Source of the DNA: Guillardia theta CCMP2712 | Taxonomy: Eukaryota > Protista > Cryptophyta | NCBI RefSeq assembly: GCF_000315625.1 | Contig: NW_005434604.1 | Location: 186,001 to 250,000, forward strand | Reading direction: 5' to 3' | Length of the DNA: 64,000 nucleotides | In this document: in pieces, positions 24,699 through 38,000 of the stretch | Numbering within the stretch: the first letter of the stretch is position 1 | How the letters are laid out: the number at the start of each line of letters is the position of its first letter | Notes under the pieces: generated by a model | What the model was told of the DNA's origin: nothing | What the model saw: the letters and a program-made list of their open reading frames with translations, nothing else | The model's database searches: none | Position numbers and translations under genes: made by a program

Positions 24699-27300
24699 TC
24701 AGTGAACACTTGAGAGGAAGCAATCTCCATAGACGGCACCAAGATCGGCCCTCCTGCACTCAACGATCAATACAGGGACGAGGATGCTGCCCTGGTCGTA
24801 CCTGGGAGGAGAGGAGGGGTGACGGGAATGGCTCCCATCGCTGCGATGGGTTGAAGAGTGGGAGAGCCTTGGAGCATCGTCAGAGGACAAGGACAGGGAG
24901 GAGTCTCTTTTACCTGAATCCACTGTAGGAATGTTTGGGTTGAGAGCGCTCGCGATGATGCGAGGGTGGGGCCCGGTGGGAGGGGACATGTTTTCAAGCA
25001 CGTGCCATGCGCTGGAAGAGAGAGATATGCTGCTGTAGATCGACTGGTCAGAGAAACTTTGATCTTCATCAGAAAGAGATGCACCTGTTGGACCAGTCGG
25101 GGGATCCATACATAGGAATCACAGCGTTGGACTGGAAGACAACAAGTCAAAATGGTTGTCTGCAGTGCACGGCAATCACCTGTATGCTGGTGCTGCGATG
25201 AGCATTGTTGGCAGGGTGATTGCTCGAGGCAACAGGACTTGTCCATGCTCTTTGTGTTGGTCCAACTGAAGTACTCTGTGGAGTCCATGAAGTTCCGTGC
25301 AAATTTCCTGGGGTCATGAGTGAATCTGCCGCCTACTTCACATGGAGCGAGTAACCTTGTGTACTCGGCAGAGGCTCGGGGACTCGGTCAAGCCTTGGGT
25401 AATCTTGAGACAACACACCGAAGGAGGCCGGGTTGGAACTTTGGCCTGGTGAGGAGGACCCGATCGAACTGGAGCAGTAAGTGAGCATTGGTTGCTGAGA
25501 AGCGAAACAAGAGACCTCGTAGTCTGCCCTTGACCAGCAGGGATCGTATTCGTATGAGGCAATTCACTCCCGTCCTCGTTTCTTTGCTGCAGCGCCTCAT
25601 TGGCCCTTTCCAAGAGCCTTCGGTATACCTCCTCAGTCAACACCGGTATCCTTGATTGAAGAAGATCAGGAACAGCAAGAATCTGACAGAAAGAGTACCT
25701 AGCCGCTGACGATGATTGATGAGCTTGGGATTGGGAAGCATCTGAACCATCTCCTTGTACTTGTTGAAGCGCTTCGTTGGCTCTCTCTAGCAACCTTTGA
25801 TATTCTGCCGCAGTCAGGACGGGAATGTTGCTGGATGGACTGAGGACAGACAAGACATGTTACAAAGGATTCAAATCAGTCTGGAATTCAGCTCACCCTG
25901 AGCTTTGAGAATTCAGAGCATTATTCGGCGCAGGCCTGAAGCCGTTGGAACTTTGCGGATTCTGAAGGTTGGTAGGATTGATGGGATTAAGGTTGCCGTT
26001 CACGTTCGGAAGAGAGTTTGGTATTGGAAGAGGCCTTGCATTCATGTTTGGAGGTGCAACATTGTTCAATCCATTGGGCGGTTGCGGAAGGCTGCTATAA
26101 ATATTACATCGTGAAAAAAATATGATGAAAAAGAATAAGGAGAGTATGACATGGGAAACAGACCTGCTTGGACCTTGGATCATAACAGGGCGAGTGGTGG
26201 TGGTTGTAACAGTCTCATAGTCGCTACCTACCTCTGAACGGACTTCTACCGTTGTCGTGCTAGCAGGAACCCACTGTGTTATCGGCATCCACTCGATCGT
26301 TGTAGTCCTCGTTATGATCACTTCACGTTGCTCTGTTGGCGCAGGCGGTGACAGCTCGTGTCGGCACTTGGGGCAAGTTGTCTTCATACTTAGCCATCGC
26401 CCAACACACTCGCTGTGGAAGAAGTGTTGGCACGGGAGAACCATGACTTCTTCGTCATCTTCATAGCCGCACTGACATACTTCACATAGCCTGTCGTCCT
26501 CCTCCGTGTCGATTTGAAGACCAGGTATGATGAGTCCTGCAGAATGCGGGCATCCTTTCTGGGCATCAGTCGATTCAGACTTGTCTTTCGCATCAGATTC
26601 CTGCTTCTCATTCTGTTTCTCAAGCTCCCGAAGTATAGCATCTGCATATTTCATGCGACAGGTATCTCGGTCTAGCACCTCCTGGGGGACACCAGTAAAA
26701 ACATCATTGGAAGACTCCACAGCTCCATTGAGAGATGCTATGACAGAGTTTGCATCCGAAGAGCGGATGTAAACCGGAGCCAACGGCCTGTGGTTAGGAT
26801 GCGAGGTGCCTTCACCTCGTAAACCCTGGAGACCCACAATCAGCTCTATTGCAAAGGATGTAACACCAAATCAAAGTTGAAGTGACTTTCACCTGCTGAT
26901 TGCGGTGTTCTTCTCGACTATCTGTCATTTTCCAACGCTCGCACGGTTAGAAGCCTCAACTGAGAACATTCAAGTCAGTCCTTGCAGCCTTGCAACAAGT
27001 AGGGACATTTCTTGTCAAGTCTGTAATGCCTGGGATAATTTTGGAGGCTGTCATCAGCACTGGTACTGATATGCGTGAATAGATGTGAAATCATTGATCG
27101 TGTATACTTCTTTGATCCTCAACAGCAAACAAGAAGCAACAACATCTATCTTCGTGCTTAAGATGCAGACAGAGAAAAGCAGCATCGAGGACAACTTGAG
27201 CACGAGAGATGGAAGTCATGCAAAGGTTGGTCCACTTTTGATATGCACAGCTTTAGCTCATTCAACCAAAACAACCATGGAGTCTCATATCAGCAACAAT
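24699..27300 (-). CDS. RING-H2 zinc-finger protein (E3 ligase-like) with long low-complexity C-terminus; ends uncertain
   Basis: CEVCQCGYEDDEEVMVLPCQHFFHSECVGRWLSMKTTCPKCR is a canonical C3H2C3 motif; downstream S/P/N-rich exons. Confidence 0.75.
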
Positions 27301-27429
27301 ATAGCGGCAGGGGGAAGCAGTTTCGAGGTAAGTGCATCGAAATGTACCGAAAGCGCCTTCAGCAGAACAAACTCTGTGTGAGAGGAAAGATACAAGAGGT
27401 TTGAGAGGTGAATGAATGTGGGACGATGA

Positions 27430-28310
27430 AGATCATCAATTGTGTTCAATGATATGGCGATGAGCGAGGGTGATGGTAGAAACAGTCCTTAGGATCGTCA
27501 TGAAACCGCTCCTGAGGGTTGCACCATTGCGATGCGCTAACCCTAGGAATGGGGACAGGAGGGCCCCAATTAGTGGGGTGGGGTGATCAATCACCCATAT
27601 CTTTGATATCCAAAGTACCGGTACTGATGATTGAAAACGAGTCAATCGGTGCCTTTCGGGGGTAGGGGGTAGTCTTCTCATCGGGGTGATATTTACGAGA
27701 TCTCTAATGGGTAGATGGTGGGGGTGATGAAGGGGCCACAAGGGGGTGAGGGACGGGCATGGAGCTGGGGGGTAGGGTGGTTGACTCCGTCAGGTTTGAA
27801 CGCCTTTGGGTGGGTAGCAATGTCGGTTGTTCCAAGGGGTGAGGGTACTTTTCGCGGGAAAGAGGGGTGATTCATCTGGAAGGGTATTTTTTCAATAGCA
27901 AGATAGGGGTGGTCATGTGAATCATTGCATTTCCTCAAGAGACGCACCACCTACCTACCACCTTGACAAACGTACCCCTACCTGTCCAGGTCAAACGTCA
28001 ACCATCCGACTGTACCCCTGATCATATGACTACAGCTCAGCTATCACCTACCGGTACTTAACAGTGCCCACCCCCGTCATGGGAACCCTCCACAGATGTC
28101 ATCTCCAGTCCTGTGCCTTTTCACGCAAAAAATCCTTTAAAAAAAAGCAAGGACAACCACCGGTACTTGCGAAATATATTACAGGGGTCCTTGTATCTTG
28201 TGAAGGGAGGTCGGTATGGTTGCGGCCATGGGAGGTGGTGGGGTTGTGTCCTGTCGGGGGTGGGGTTCCGAAGGAGCGAGGAGGGGTGGGGTAGAAGCAG
28301 GTCAATGTGT
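27430..28310. repeat. Intergenic G-tract/C-tract island
   Basis: Dense GGGGT/GGGTGGGG runs on + (27430-27910, 28190-28295), C-rich 27940-28095; contains AGTACCGGTACT at 27614-27625. Confidence 0.6.
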
Positions 28311-29011
28311 GCAACGAAGAGGAAATATCCGATTTGTTTTCAAGGTTCAAAATATTTTTTTATATCTTGAATTTACAGAAACATATTTGAGTCTGCGCAA
28401 GATATTTGGAAAAGAGTCCCGCGGGGCCGTTTAAAAAATATTTTAAGAAGTTCTTTTTCGAGCGAAACCGGCACATCAATCGAATGAAATCGAATCAAAC
28501 CGCATGTTCCCCTGCAAGCGGCCCGCCCGGGCCGCCCCCCGGCCCCCGACTCTCAGTGTTAGTGAGTCACCAGGCTGACCCGACGGTACCGTCGGGGGAC
28601 GGAGCACAACTGGCAAGTTTGTTAGACTTGTACTAAGCCAAAGTAATGCAGACATCATATCGACATCAGGTGCAACAAGCCAGCCTTCATGAGTCACAGT
28701 CGGATAGACCGTGCTGTATGCTTAGCACTGCGTCTGAGGGCGGCCGGCACCGAAAACACAATTGGTTTACAGGTGCCGGGCGGCCGGCAGTACTATGCAT
28801 ATCGGATCAACACACCCGCTGGCCACCGTTTTTGTTAGCTCGGCGCTATCTGACTGGCACGGCTGGCATGCGATCCATCAGACCGCCAGATTAATTCGGA
28901 AGTCCGACTGGCCGAGTCGAGTCTGAGCAGCCCTTTCATACTGACGGTTTGCTGACTCTCAGTGAGAGAGTTCAAGAGGTATTTACATACTAGTACAACA
29001 TGATCTACCGA

Positions 29012-32000
29012 CTACTTGTCAGTGACGCCGTGCGGGTCCATGCCCTTGAGACGCGCGTTGACCTGGTCGAGGATCTTCTCGGAGTTCTGTATGATCCCCT
29101 CGTGAAGCTGTTGCCGCAGTCTGTCAGGAGCGAAAGATCGCGCGCAACCCTTACCATCCCAACTATCGTCTCTCTCTTGCGGATCCCAAGCCAGCTCAAG
29201 ATCGTTATGATGTCAATCGGCACTTCACTGATGGCCGCGATCGGTGGTTCAAGCTTGAACTTCAAGCACCTTCATCAGGATTGTGAGCCTGAGCCCCGCG
29301 AGACACGACCGCATTTGGCGCACCTGTAGTCGAGCTTGAGGCCTTGCGTCAAGTTCTTCTCACGCTGCAATGAAGATCGACTTTGAGATTCTGAGAGAGG
29401 AGAAAACAAGTCGTTCAGAGGAGGATGATCGAAGTCTGAGGACATGTCGTCTCTCCTTGAGTTCTGAAGCTTTCCGTCAGTTCTCATCATCCAGTGCAGA
29501 CGCAAGGAAAAACCTTGTATCGTTTGAACAGCTGCTGTAGATACTCGTATTGATAGAAGTCCACATTGACCTCGATGGGAGATTTGAAGTTTGAGTCGAA
29601 TTCACAATGAACAAGTTTCGAGCGGTTTTTGCCACCTGCAAAGAGCATCAGACGCCACAAGCAGGCTGATGAGTACAAATGATCACCGCTACAAATCTGT
29701 ATGGTAGACAAATCGATCGTAATGTCGGGAATGTGAACGATGTAGTCAGCGCCAAGATGTCGCATAACACCCTGCTTGATCCTGTTGCAAGTGATGTCCT
29801 GGTTGCAAGAATCAACAGGAGGGCACCAAACGACACGTCAACTGACCTTGGAAGGCGGGCCTTTGCTTACTCGTATGACATACACCATGTTTGCTTTCAG
29901 TTGCAAGAAGCGATACATATCAGATTCAGCCTTGGGACAAGTCAGCGCAACATTTCACGTGAGATAGTCCTTTATCCTACCAGGTTCTCTTCCATCTGGA
30001 AGTTCAGAACAACATCGTGGATGGATACTTGACAACACTGAACACCCTCCGCTATGCTGCTGTCGAAACAGGTGACGTGTATCTCTTCACCTACGATGGC
30101 AATCGCTCCCATCACCTGCAGGAGGGATCAGAGAGCCCTGGACTCCTCCAACAACAGGGATCCCTCCTCACCATCTGTCCTTCCGAGACCTGAGTTTGAC
30201 TCGGGTGCAACGCTTCCTTGAATGATTTCTTCCTCTCCTTCACCTGTGTCTCGTACTCCGCGTCCGTCGTAAACGCTGAGAAGGATCTTGACAGATGTTG
30301 ATGAGCATTCTTCCCAGCTGCATCTCCATTGGGGGCCTTTAGAAAGGACCAGTGAGTAGTGGGGGAGCGAACAAAGACCAAGAGGAACCTTCCTAGCAGT
30401 CTTGTTGCTTGTCTGGAGGGCAGATGACATTCTCTTCCAGATGCTCATCAGGGTCGGAGTTGTCTCACTTGAAACGTGAATCAACAGACGAGAAAATCTG
30501 AAATGATCCATTAGTTATATCTGAGGAGGTAAGTGTGGATGCTCTTCAACACCTCAGGAGCAGCTTGGAAACAGGATCCCCTTCGTGCCCATGACCTGGG
30601 AAGCTGCTGTTGATGGCTGCATGCGTGTCGTTGGACCTGAGCTCAAGCACTTTGGAGCCATCCAGGCTAAGAAAAAGAATGTCAAGAGATCTCGCGATCA
30701 GTGTCGGATGGACCTCAGGTCGCAGAAGGCGTACTTCGAGCCAGCGATCAGCGACATTGCTCTGAGGTGCCATGTTGTTTAGAGGAAGGCAAGCAAACAT
30801 ATGCATGACTGGCCAAGCAAACATATGCATGACTGAGGTCATCACCTGTTCATCTTCTCGTCCGGCTCCGTCTGCTTCAAGAAGTATCCTTGCTGAAGAG
30901 CGCTCGCGATCTTCAAGAGAGAATCGTCTCTCATGGGGCTTTCAACTCTGATCATATCTGGTGTAACCAGGTCACAACTCTCCGCTTGTTCCAAGTCAAA
31001 TTTCACCGAGAGTGCAGGAGGCGATGCCTTCCTGCTGCTGCAGCCCCGCCTTGTCTCGATCCAGCGATCCCTTGTCGAAGTAGAAGGTGATGGGATGGGC
31101 CCTCCGCTCGTCCATGCCGGGTTTGTTGCTCAACCTGGCATGACCTAGGGGATGCTCGACGGCAACGTTGCACTCCTTGACTTGCACAGACAAGCGAAAG
31201 AAAGATTTCTTTCGCTCCTTCACGCGCGAGATGAACGAACGACGTGGAGCGACGAGGTTGCCAGCTTTGTGAGGAAGGGAGATGTTCTTGCCAGCAACCA
31301 ACCAAGATTCAAGCAGCGACGAAGCATTGAACATGGATCGAATGTTGACAAGGCCCTTCACTGAGACCAAGGTCGCGATGAACGACGTCAGCAGCTGATT
31401 GTTGTTCTCGAAGGAGGTGGCGGATGCCGAGATGCCTTGGAAGCTGACGTAGGAGTCAGGATGAGCTCCTTCCCTCCTCACCATGGTCGAGTCGATCTGT
31501 TGCTGGACAAGTTTGAACGTCACCTGCTCCACGTTGAGGCACAGGTACCTCCAGACTCCATCCGCAAGGTGCATCGTCCCCTCCCGAAGTTGCTCCCGCG
31601 AGCTGAAGCAGGTCATGAGGTCGAGCTTCTGGATGGAGAGGACGGCGAAGAGATCGCGATTGTCGAGCTCGGGCTTTCCTGACTCCACGGCTGACAGTCT
31701 GACGTCGAAGGACGCGAACCGCATGGAGTAGACCGTCCTGTTCATCAGCATCTTGATAGCGCCGCGCTGCTGTCCCTTCCCTTCGCTCCTTGCGGATCGG
31801 GCTTCAGGAGTCACAGACAGAGGAGGGCTGGACTTTGAGGCTTGAATACGACTCGTGTACTGCGAATGCAGACTGAGGACTTCATTGAGAAAGTCGAGGA
31901 CGAGGGGAGAAAACCAGAGCTCCCGTACGTTTCCCTGCTTATCTCGAGGCATGCGCATCTCACAGACTATGAGGGTGTCCGGGAGGCTGAAAACTTCCCC

Positions 32001-35000
32001 GTCGATATCAATCTGCGAGTTTCCTTTCCACCTCCAAGGGATCTGAGAGTTTTCTCTGTCCGCCTTGCCTCCGAATCCCTTCATAGCAAAGAACAACTTG
32101 CCGCAGGCCGCGATGTCAAACTCGGGGAAGGGAACGCAAAGGAGAATGTCAGGCTCCTCGTTGCTATCAGGCTTCTTGGGTGCGACTTTGTGCCTCCTCC
32201 GGGTGTCGCTTCCTGCTTTGTGATAGATGGTGAGGATGCCCGTCGCTGAATGAAGCGACAAGTTCAACTTCACGCATCTGAACTTCTTCTCAGACTTCAA
32301 GTCCATCAGCCTCAGCGTGCTTCTCTCCGCCGGCTCCGTCGCTGCTTCCTGGTCCTCCTCGACGTTGTCGGGGTCGGGTGATTGTTGGTAGTAGGGAGAG
32401 TCGAAGGCTCTGTGGATCCCCCAGGAGTTGTGGAACTGAAAGAAGCTCTCGACCGTTTGCGAGTCCATCTCCATCTCGAAGGAGGGAAGCGACATGACTA
32501 GACAAACTTCGAGCTCCTCGTACGCTGCTCCTGTCGGCTGCTTGGCGATGAGACTGAAATCGCCCGAGGCCTCTTTCAGGATGAACCCGTTAGCACTCAG
32601 CAGCTTTCTCAGATGATCGTAAGACTGCAGGCTGTCAGGAAGCTTCAACTTCTCGGACGAGAAGCCGACAGCAAGGTTCTGGAAGTCCAGGTGTGACAGC
32701 ATCATTCGGTCGAAGGTGGAGGACGAGGACGAGGACGAGCTCTCTGCACTGAGGTCAATCATATGCAGGCAGGCTATCAGAGATCGAGCGTTGTGCAAGC
32801 CAAGCCTGTCCTGTTGCTGTTGATCTCTTATCGACAAGAAGCTCTGGAAGTAATCAGACGCTTTCGCCTTCTCGTCGACGGTGAAGCAGAAATCGTTGGA
32901 GATCTCATATTCGTAAACCATGGAGATCACTGTCTCCCGCAGCTCGACATGCAAGTAGATGTTGTTCATCAAGCTCTCGTGGTTCTTGTTCATCAGGCGG
33001 CTGCCGGCTGCTGTCTTCCCGGAGTTGACCATCCGCTTGATCGACTTATCCAGGGCCTCGAGGTGAATCGCTTTCCTCTGCTCCTGGTATGCCTTGTATG
33101 CCTCGACGTAATGGTTGCCAAACTCTATGAACGTCCGCACGCAACCAGGACGTGCGACGATCGTCGTGTTCCTGATAAAGATGGAGAGCTTGTGAGGAGA
33201 TCCGACCTTTTCCTCTCGTGACGGCAGCCAGGTCACCACGTCCTCTTGGAGGTCCGACGACATCGCCGTCTCCCCTGCGTAGTTCTGCACCTTGAGGTTG
33301 GTCGTCATCTGAGCTTGGATCAAGTTCTTTTTCTGCTTCCTCTTGGGACCTGACGCGCTGGCGTCTCGAGGGGTGGAGGACGAAGCCTTCACGGAGGTAG
33401 AGGTCAGTGCCAGGGTGAAGCCGTCCAGGGCAACCCTCCACATCGATGAGCTGTGAAGAGACGAGCTGGGCTTCAGCTCAGCCTGCACGGAGATCAACCC
33501 CGTGTCCAGCATGAGCGAGGCAGACGGGGAGGCAACTCTCAGCCGAATGCCCATCATCACAAAGGTGACGTGGAAGGTGATGCGAGATAGAAGCACCCGA
33601 GAGTCGCCGGAGGGAGAGGAGGAGTACCTCTTGGCGTATTTCTCAGCTTCCTGCAGGAAGACGTCGATTTCGTTCTTCATCGTCCTCTGGATCTCCAGGA
33701 GATGATTGAGGATTTCAGCTCGGACCTCGTTGCACACCTGCTCGACAGAGACCAGCAACTTGATCTCACTCACCTCAGTCGCCCTGCCCTCCGTCCTTCT
33801 CTCCCCTCCCTTGTGCAGCCTCCCGTCAAACGCGGCCCGGCCTCCGTTGGTAAGGACTTCCGTCACCAGGTGAATCTCAGGGAGGGCGATGGCAGGATGC
33901 CTGTCCTTGCCCCCTCCCTGCTTCGAGCTCCGGAGGTTCCCCTTGTGGACCCTCATAGTGATCAGCGAGTGCGCTTGACGGTTCATCGATTCTCTCATCA
34001 CTTCATCGTAGTCGCACAGGACGTATCGGCGCCAGGTTGTGCTGAGCCCGTCAGCTATGACGTAGTTCAGGGAGACGTCTTGTAGAACCTTCACGCTAGC
34101 GCGCAGACTCTGCACACGGAGGATGAGCTCGAGGACCGAGTTCCCGTGACCCCCCTGGCCTCCCCCGTCCAGTCCTGAACGGATAGACGCGATCTCAATC
34201 TTGTTGGAGGGAGGGAACCACGCGTAGACGAGCTTCTGGAGCAGGTTGCCATCGACCTTGTTGAGGGAGACGTCGAGGACTTGGAGCTCTTTGATGTCTA
34301 AGATCCCTCCCGTCTCCTCGTGCTCCTGCTCCGTCACTGCAGCCCTCATAGTTTCCTGGAAGTTCTTCACACCTGCAGCGCCCTTGGTCTGCTCGGATGA
34401 TTGACGAGCAGGGAAGACTGAGCAAGTCTTGACGGACAGATTGATCTCCCTGCCGACGATCGACCCCAACGACGAGAACTCGTCCTCTGCTATCTTCTCA
34501 ACTTTGACCTCTATGGTCTTGATCTGTGACGAGACTCCCGTCTTCATCTTCTTTCCCTGCTGCTCCTTCGCGTCCCCAACGTCGGTGAGCAGGAGGGAGA
34601 TGGGCGACATCACCAGCATTACCCGCCCGACGTGAGGGAGGTCGGCACACAGCTCCACATCAAGTTGGCAGTAGACGTGGATCTTAGTGTTGGTCTTCCT
34701 CCTCCTTGTTTTGGCTGTTTCCCCCTCCGACGGCTTCGCAATCAGGTCCGACAGCAAGTTGCTGATCGCCAGGGCGTTCTCAACGGCCGAGAAAGAGGGC
34801 AGAGAGTTGCTCCTCCCGTGGGCTGCGAGACCTCTCATCCCCCTCATACACTTCTTGTCCCCCTGCGTTGAGAGGGCGGCGGCAAACGTCATTGGCTCCT
34901 TCCTGGTGTCCTTGGGCATGTCCACCCGTTTCAGAACCCCCTGGATAGGAAGCACCACGCACACATCGCGCTTGCTCTTCTCTTCCGCCTCTCCGTTCCA

Positions 35001-38000
35001 CTCCACCATGTTCTCCTTGAACGACACGATCCTCTTGCTGGACTTCACAGTCTGCGCCTCCTTCTCGAGGTAGGAGGAGATCACCCCTGATGCAAACCGT
35101 CGGCCGACCCTCCTGCACACGGTCGAGACCGTCTCGGCCATCTCAGCAAAGAGAGGGAAGATGTGGATGTTTATCTTCTTGCATTGCACGTTGGCGATGA
35201 TGCTCAGGTCTCCTTGCCTGTTCGCTCTCAACGAGCTGGGAACCCTCCTCTCCGCTGATGGCTGCGAGCTGAACATGTTCCCGTTCACCGTCACCTTGGT
35301 ATCCAGGATCTGCAGGCAGCTGATGTCGTTGGCCTTTCTGAACGCCTCACTGGAGGAGATGTCGCTCAGATTGAGTGACCGAAGCTCCTTCTCTGACCCC
35401 GCCAGAGAGCATCCAGGGGGAAGAGTGAGGACAGTGAACTTGGGGAATGAGGCAGACACGACGCAACTCCAGTCTGAGACACTCGCTTCTTCTTCCTGGC
35501 TCTTGAGCTTGCATGCACCGCAGACAGCCTTCAGAGTCTGTGGGGAGACAAACTCCCAGGATTGCGGCAACTTCAAACAACTGTTGAGCTCCTTGATGTC
35601 ATGACCTGAGCAAGCCCGAACAAACGTCACAACGGAGTGATAAGAAACTTGTTTCGACAGCTGGGAAGCAATACGCCGGTAGTCCTCGCTGGTGTGTCGT
35701 TGCAGATTCTTGATAGCTTGCGGAGACTTGAAGCGACTGTCCTTCCAGTTCCTCGGATCGTCGCTCTTGCTCCTTCTGAGGTGAGAGAGGTTCAAGTTGG
35801 GGAGGTCGTGTGAGGAGTCGGTGGAGAAGGAGTTGAACGACGACGTTCTGTTCAGCTGGGAAGTTCGGACAGTGTCAGGCACAGCCTGATCGATGAGCAT
35901 GCCGATGTTTCGCTTCATGATCGAGGTCCGTTGCCTGAGGTTGTCTTGAAACCGTTTGACAATCTCCGCGTACATGACAAGGAAGGGCAGCAGGGAGGCG
36001 ATGCAGGTCTGATCCATGGCAGACAGGACGGCTCCGACATTCAGCTGCCAGTCATCGACCTCTGACACATCTGCTATCACCGTCTTGTTGAGGCTCAGCG
36101 TGAGGCCTTCGACAGAAACGATGAGCAGGTGCCGCAAGCTCTCATCCTCCTCAGCTCGGAGGAACGACTCTCCGATGACCCTGTGCATCATGCTGCTGGG
36201 CAGCCCGACTTGCTCTCTCAAGAAGGACCTGCTGTACCCCTGCATGCAGAAGAAGCAAAGAATCTTCCTCATCGAGAAGTCGACTGCAATCTTCTTCTCC
36301 TTCTTCATCGCTCCCTCCTGCTCTCCGTTGACGTTGGACTGCTGAATGAAGGGATCCTGCCATTCTGACAGGCTTATCTTCGACTTGATCGTCTTGAAGC
36401 CGAAGGCAAGGACAAGTTTGCTCAGCACCTCGTCCTCTTTCCCATTCTCCCTCTTCTTCCTCATCTCTGACCTCACGTTCCTCTGCTCAGGAGCTGTCGC
36501 CTCGTCCTCCGACAGCTTGAACAGTTTCAACTCCGTCCCATCCACATTCACCACCACCGTCTTCCTCCTCTCGTGCAAGGCGCTGAAGGCGTATGACGCA
36601 GACGGCGGAGAGTTCGCCCGCTTCATCCTACTCAAACATCCCTCCACAGAGCTGGTGAGATGAGGAAGGTTCTCTGCTAAGGAGAGGAGCTTCAACAGGG
36701 CTATGTCGCACACGCTCGCTTGCACCAGCCCTGCTGACACACAGACTTGCTCTTCCACAAAGACGTCCTCTGACTTCCCGTCCTGGTTCAAGGAAGGGAG
36801 CTGCTCGTGCTGCAAAACCTTCCACCCGTTCACCCTGACCGTCTTCTCCCCGAGAAGCGTGTCTAGTTTCCTGTCGTAGTCATCCATGAATTGATCTTTG
36901 ACGCGATCGAACTCCTTCTGGTCAAAAGTAGTGAAGGACTTAGGATGGAAGGGAGTGTACAGTCTCAACTTCGCCATCTTGACCGTCGCTGCCTTGGTGT
37001 TGGCACAAGAACAAGAGAAGTTCAGCGGGACTACCTCGTATGACGTGGAAACTTGACCCGAAAACTCTTCTCTCTCCATCAAAGTGTCCGACACTTCTCG
37101 GAAGTCATCATCGCTGTCAAGGAGCGACCCGTCGGACGTTGAGAAAGAGGAAGCGTCGTCTGCAGTGATGAAGTCCGCAGCCGTCGTGTACACCTCGGAG
37201 GAGGGAGTCTTGGAGAAGGAGCGCTCTGAGATATTTCCTGGCCTCCCCCCAATCTTCTGCTTCTCATTTGCGATCACGTCGGCAAGCCTTCCAGTCTGCC
37301 TGTCGTTCTCAACCAGGAAGGTCAACTGGTTCTCGGCGTCCTCTTTTGATGTCGAGTACTTCTTGAACAGCCTGATCACCAACGAAGTCTGCACCCTGGC
37401 GAGCTCATAGCAGAGGGTGTTGGCATTGCAGGAACGATTCGGGAGGAGCGTGTTGAACACGTAGAACGGGTCCTTAGCAGCATCGCACAGGACAAGCTTG
37501 CACGAGGGTACCTGAACGATCTTGGCTGCATGATGCTCATTACAGACGAGCGAGTCGCCCTTGACCTGCAGACCCTGAGACAGCTCGAGCTGGATCTTGT
37601 AGGAAGGGTCCGTGAGAGTGAGCGAGACGACGTCGACTTGGCAATCTAAGATATCGTAGGAGAGGCGACGCTGCCACAGTCTGCCTGGAACGACGTCGGT
37701 CTCGATGTTAAGAGGACGGTGATTGGACGACAGGAGCTGCTGGAAGAAGCCGAGCAACGACTGGAACTGAGTAGGAGACATCTCGCCATCGCACCTGCCG
37801 CACATGATCCTGGTGGATACATGATAGACCAGCTGCATGGGATAAGACCCGAGGAGCTTCTTGTGGTGCAGCTCGATGCCGTCAATGCGCACAACCCCAG
37901 CAGAGCCCGGGCTCCTTGGTTTCTCCCTTACCTTGTCAGATGGACTCTTGAAGTGGAGGGAGGCCGGTGAGACGAGCAGGGTCAGGTCACTCTGTTGAGT

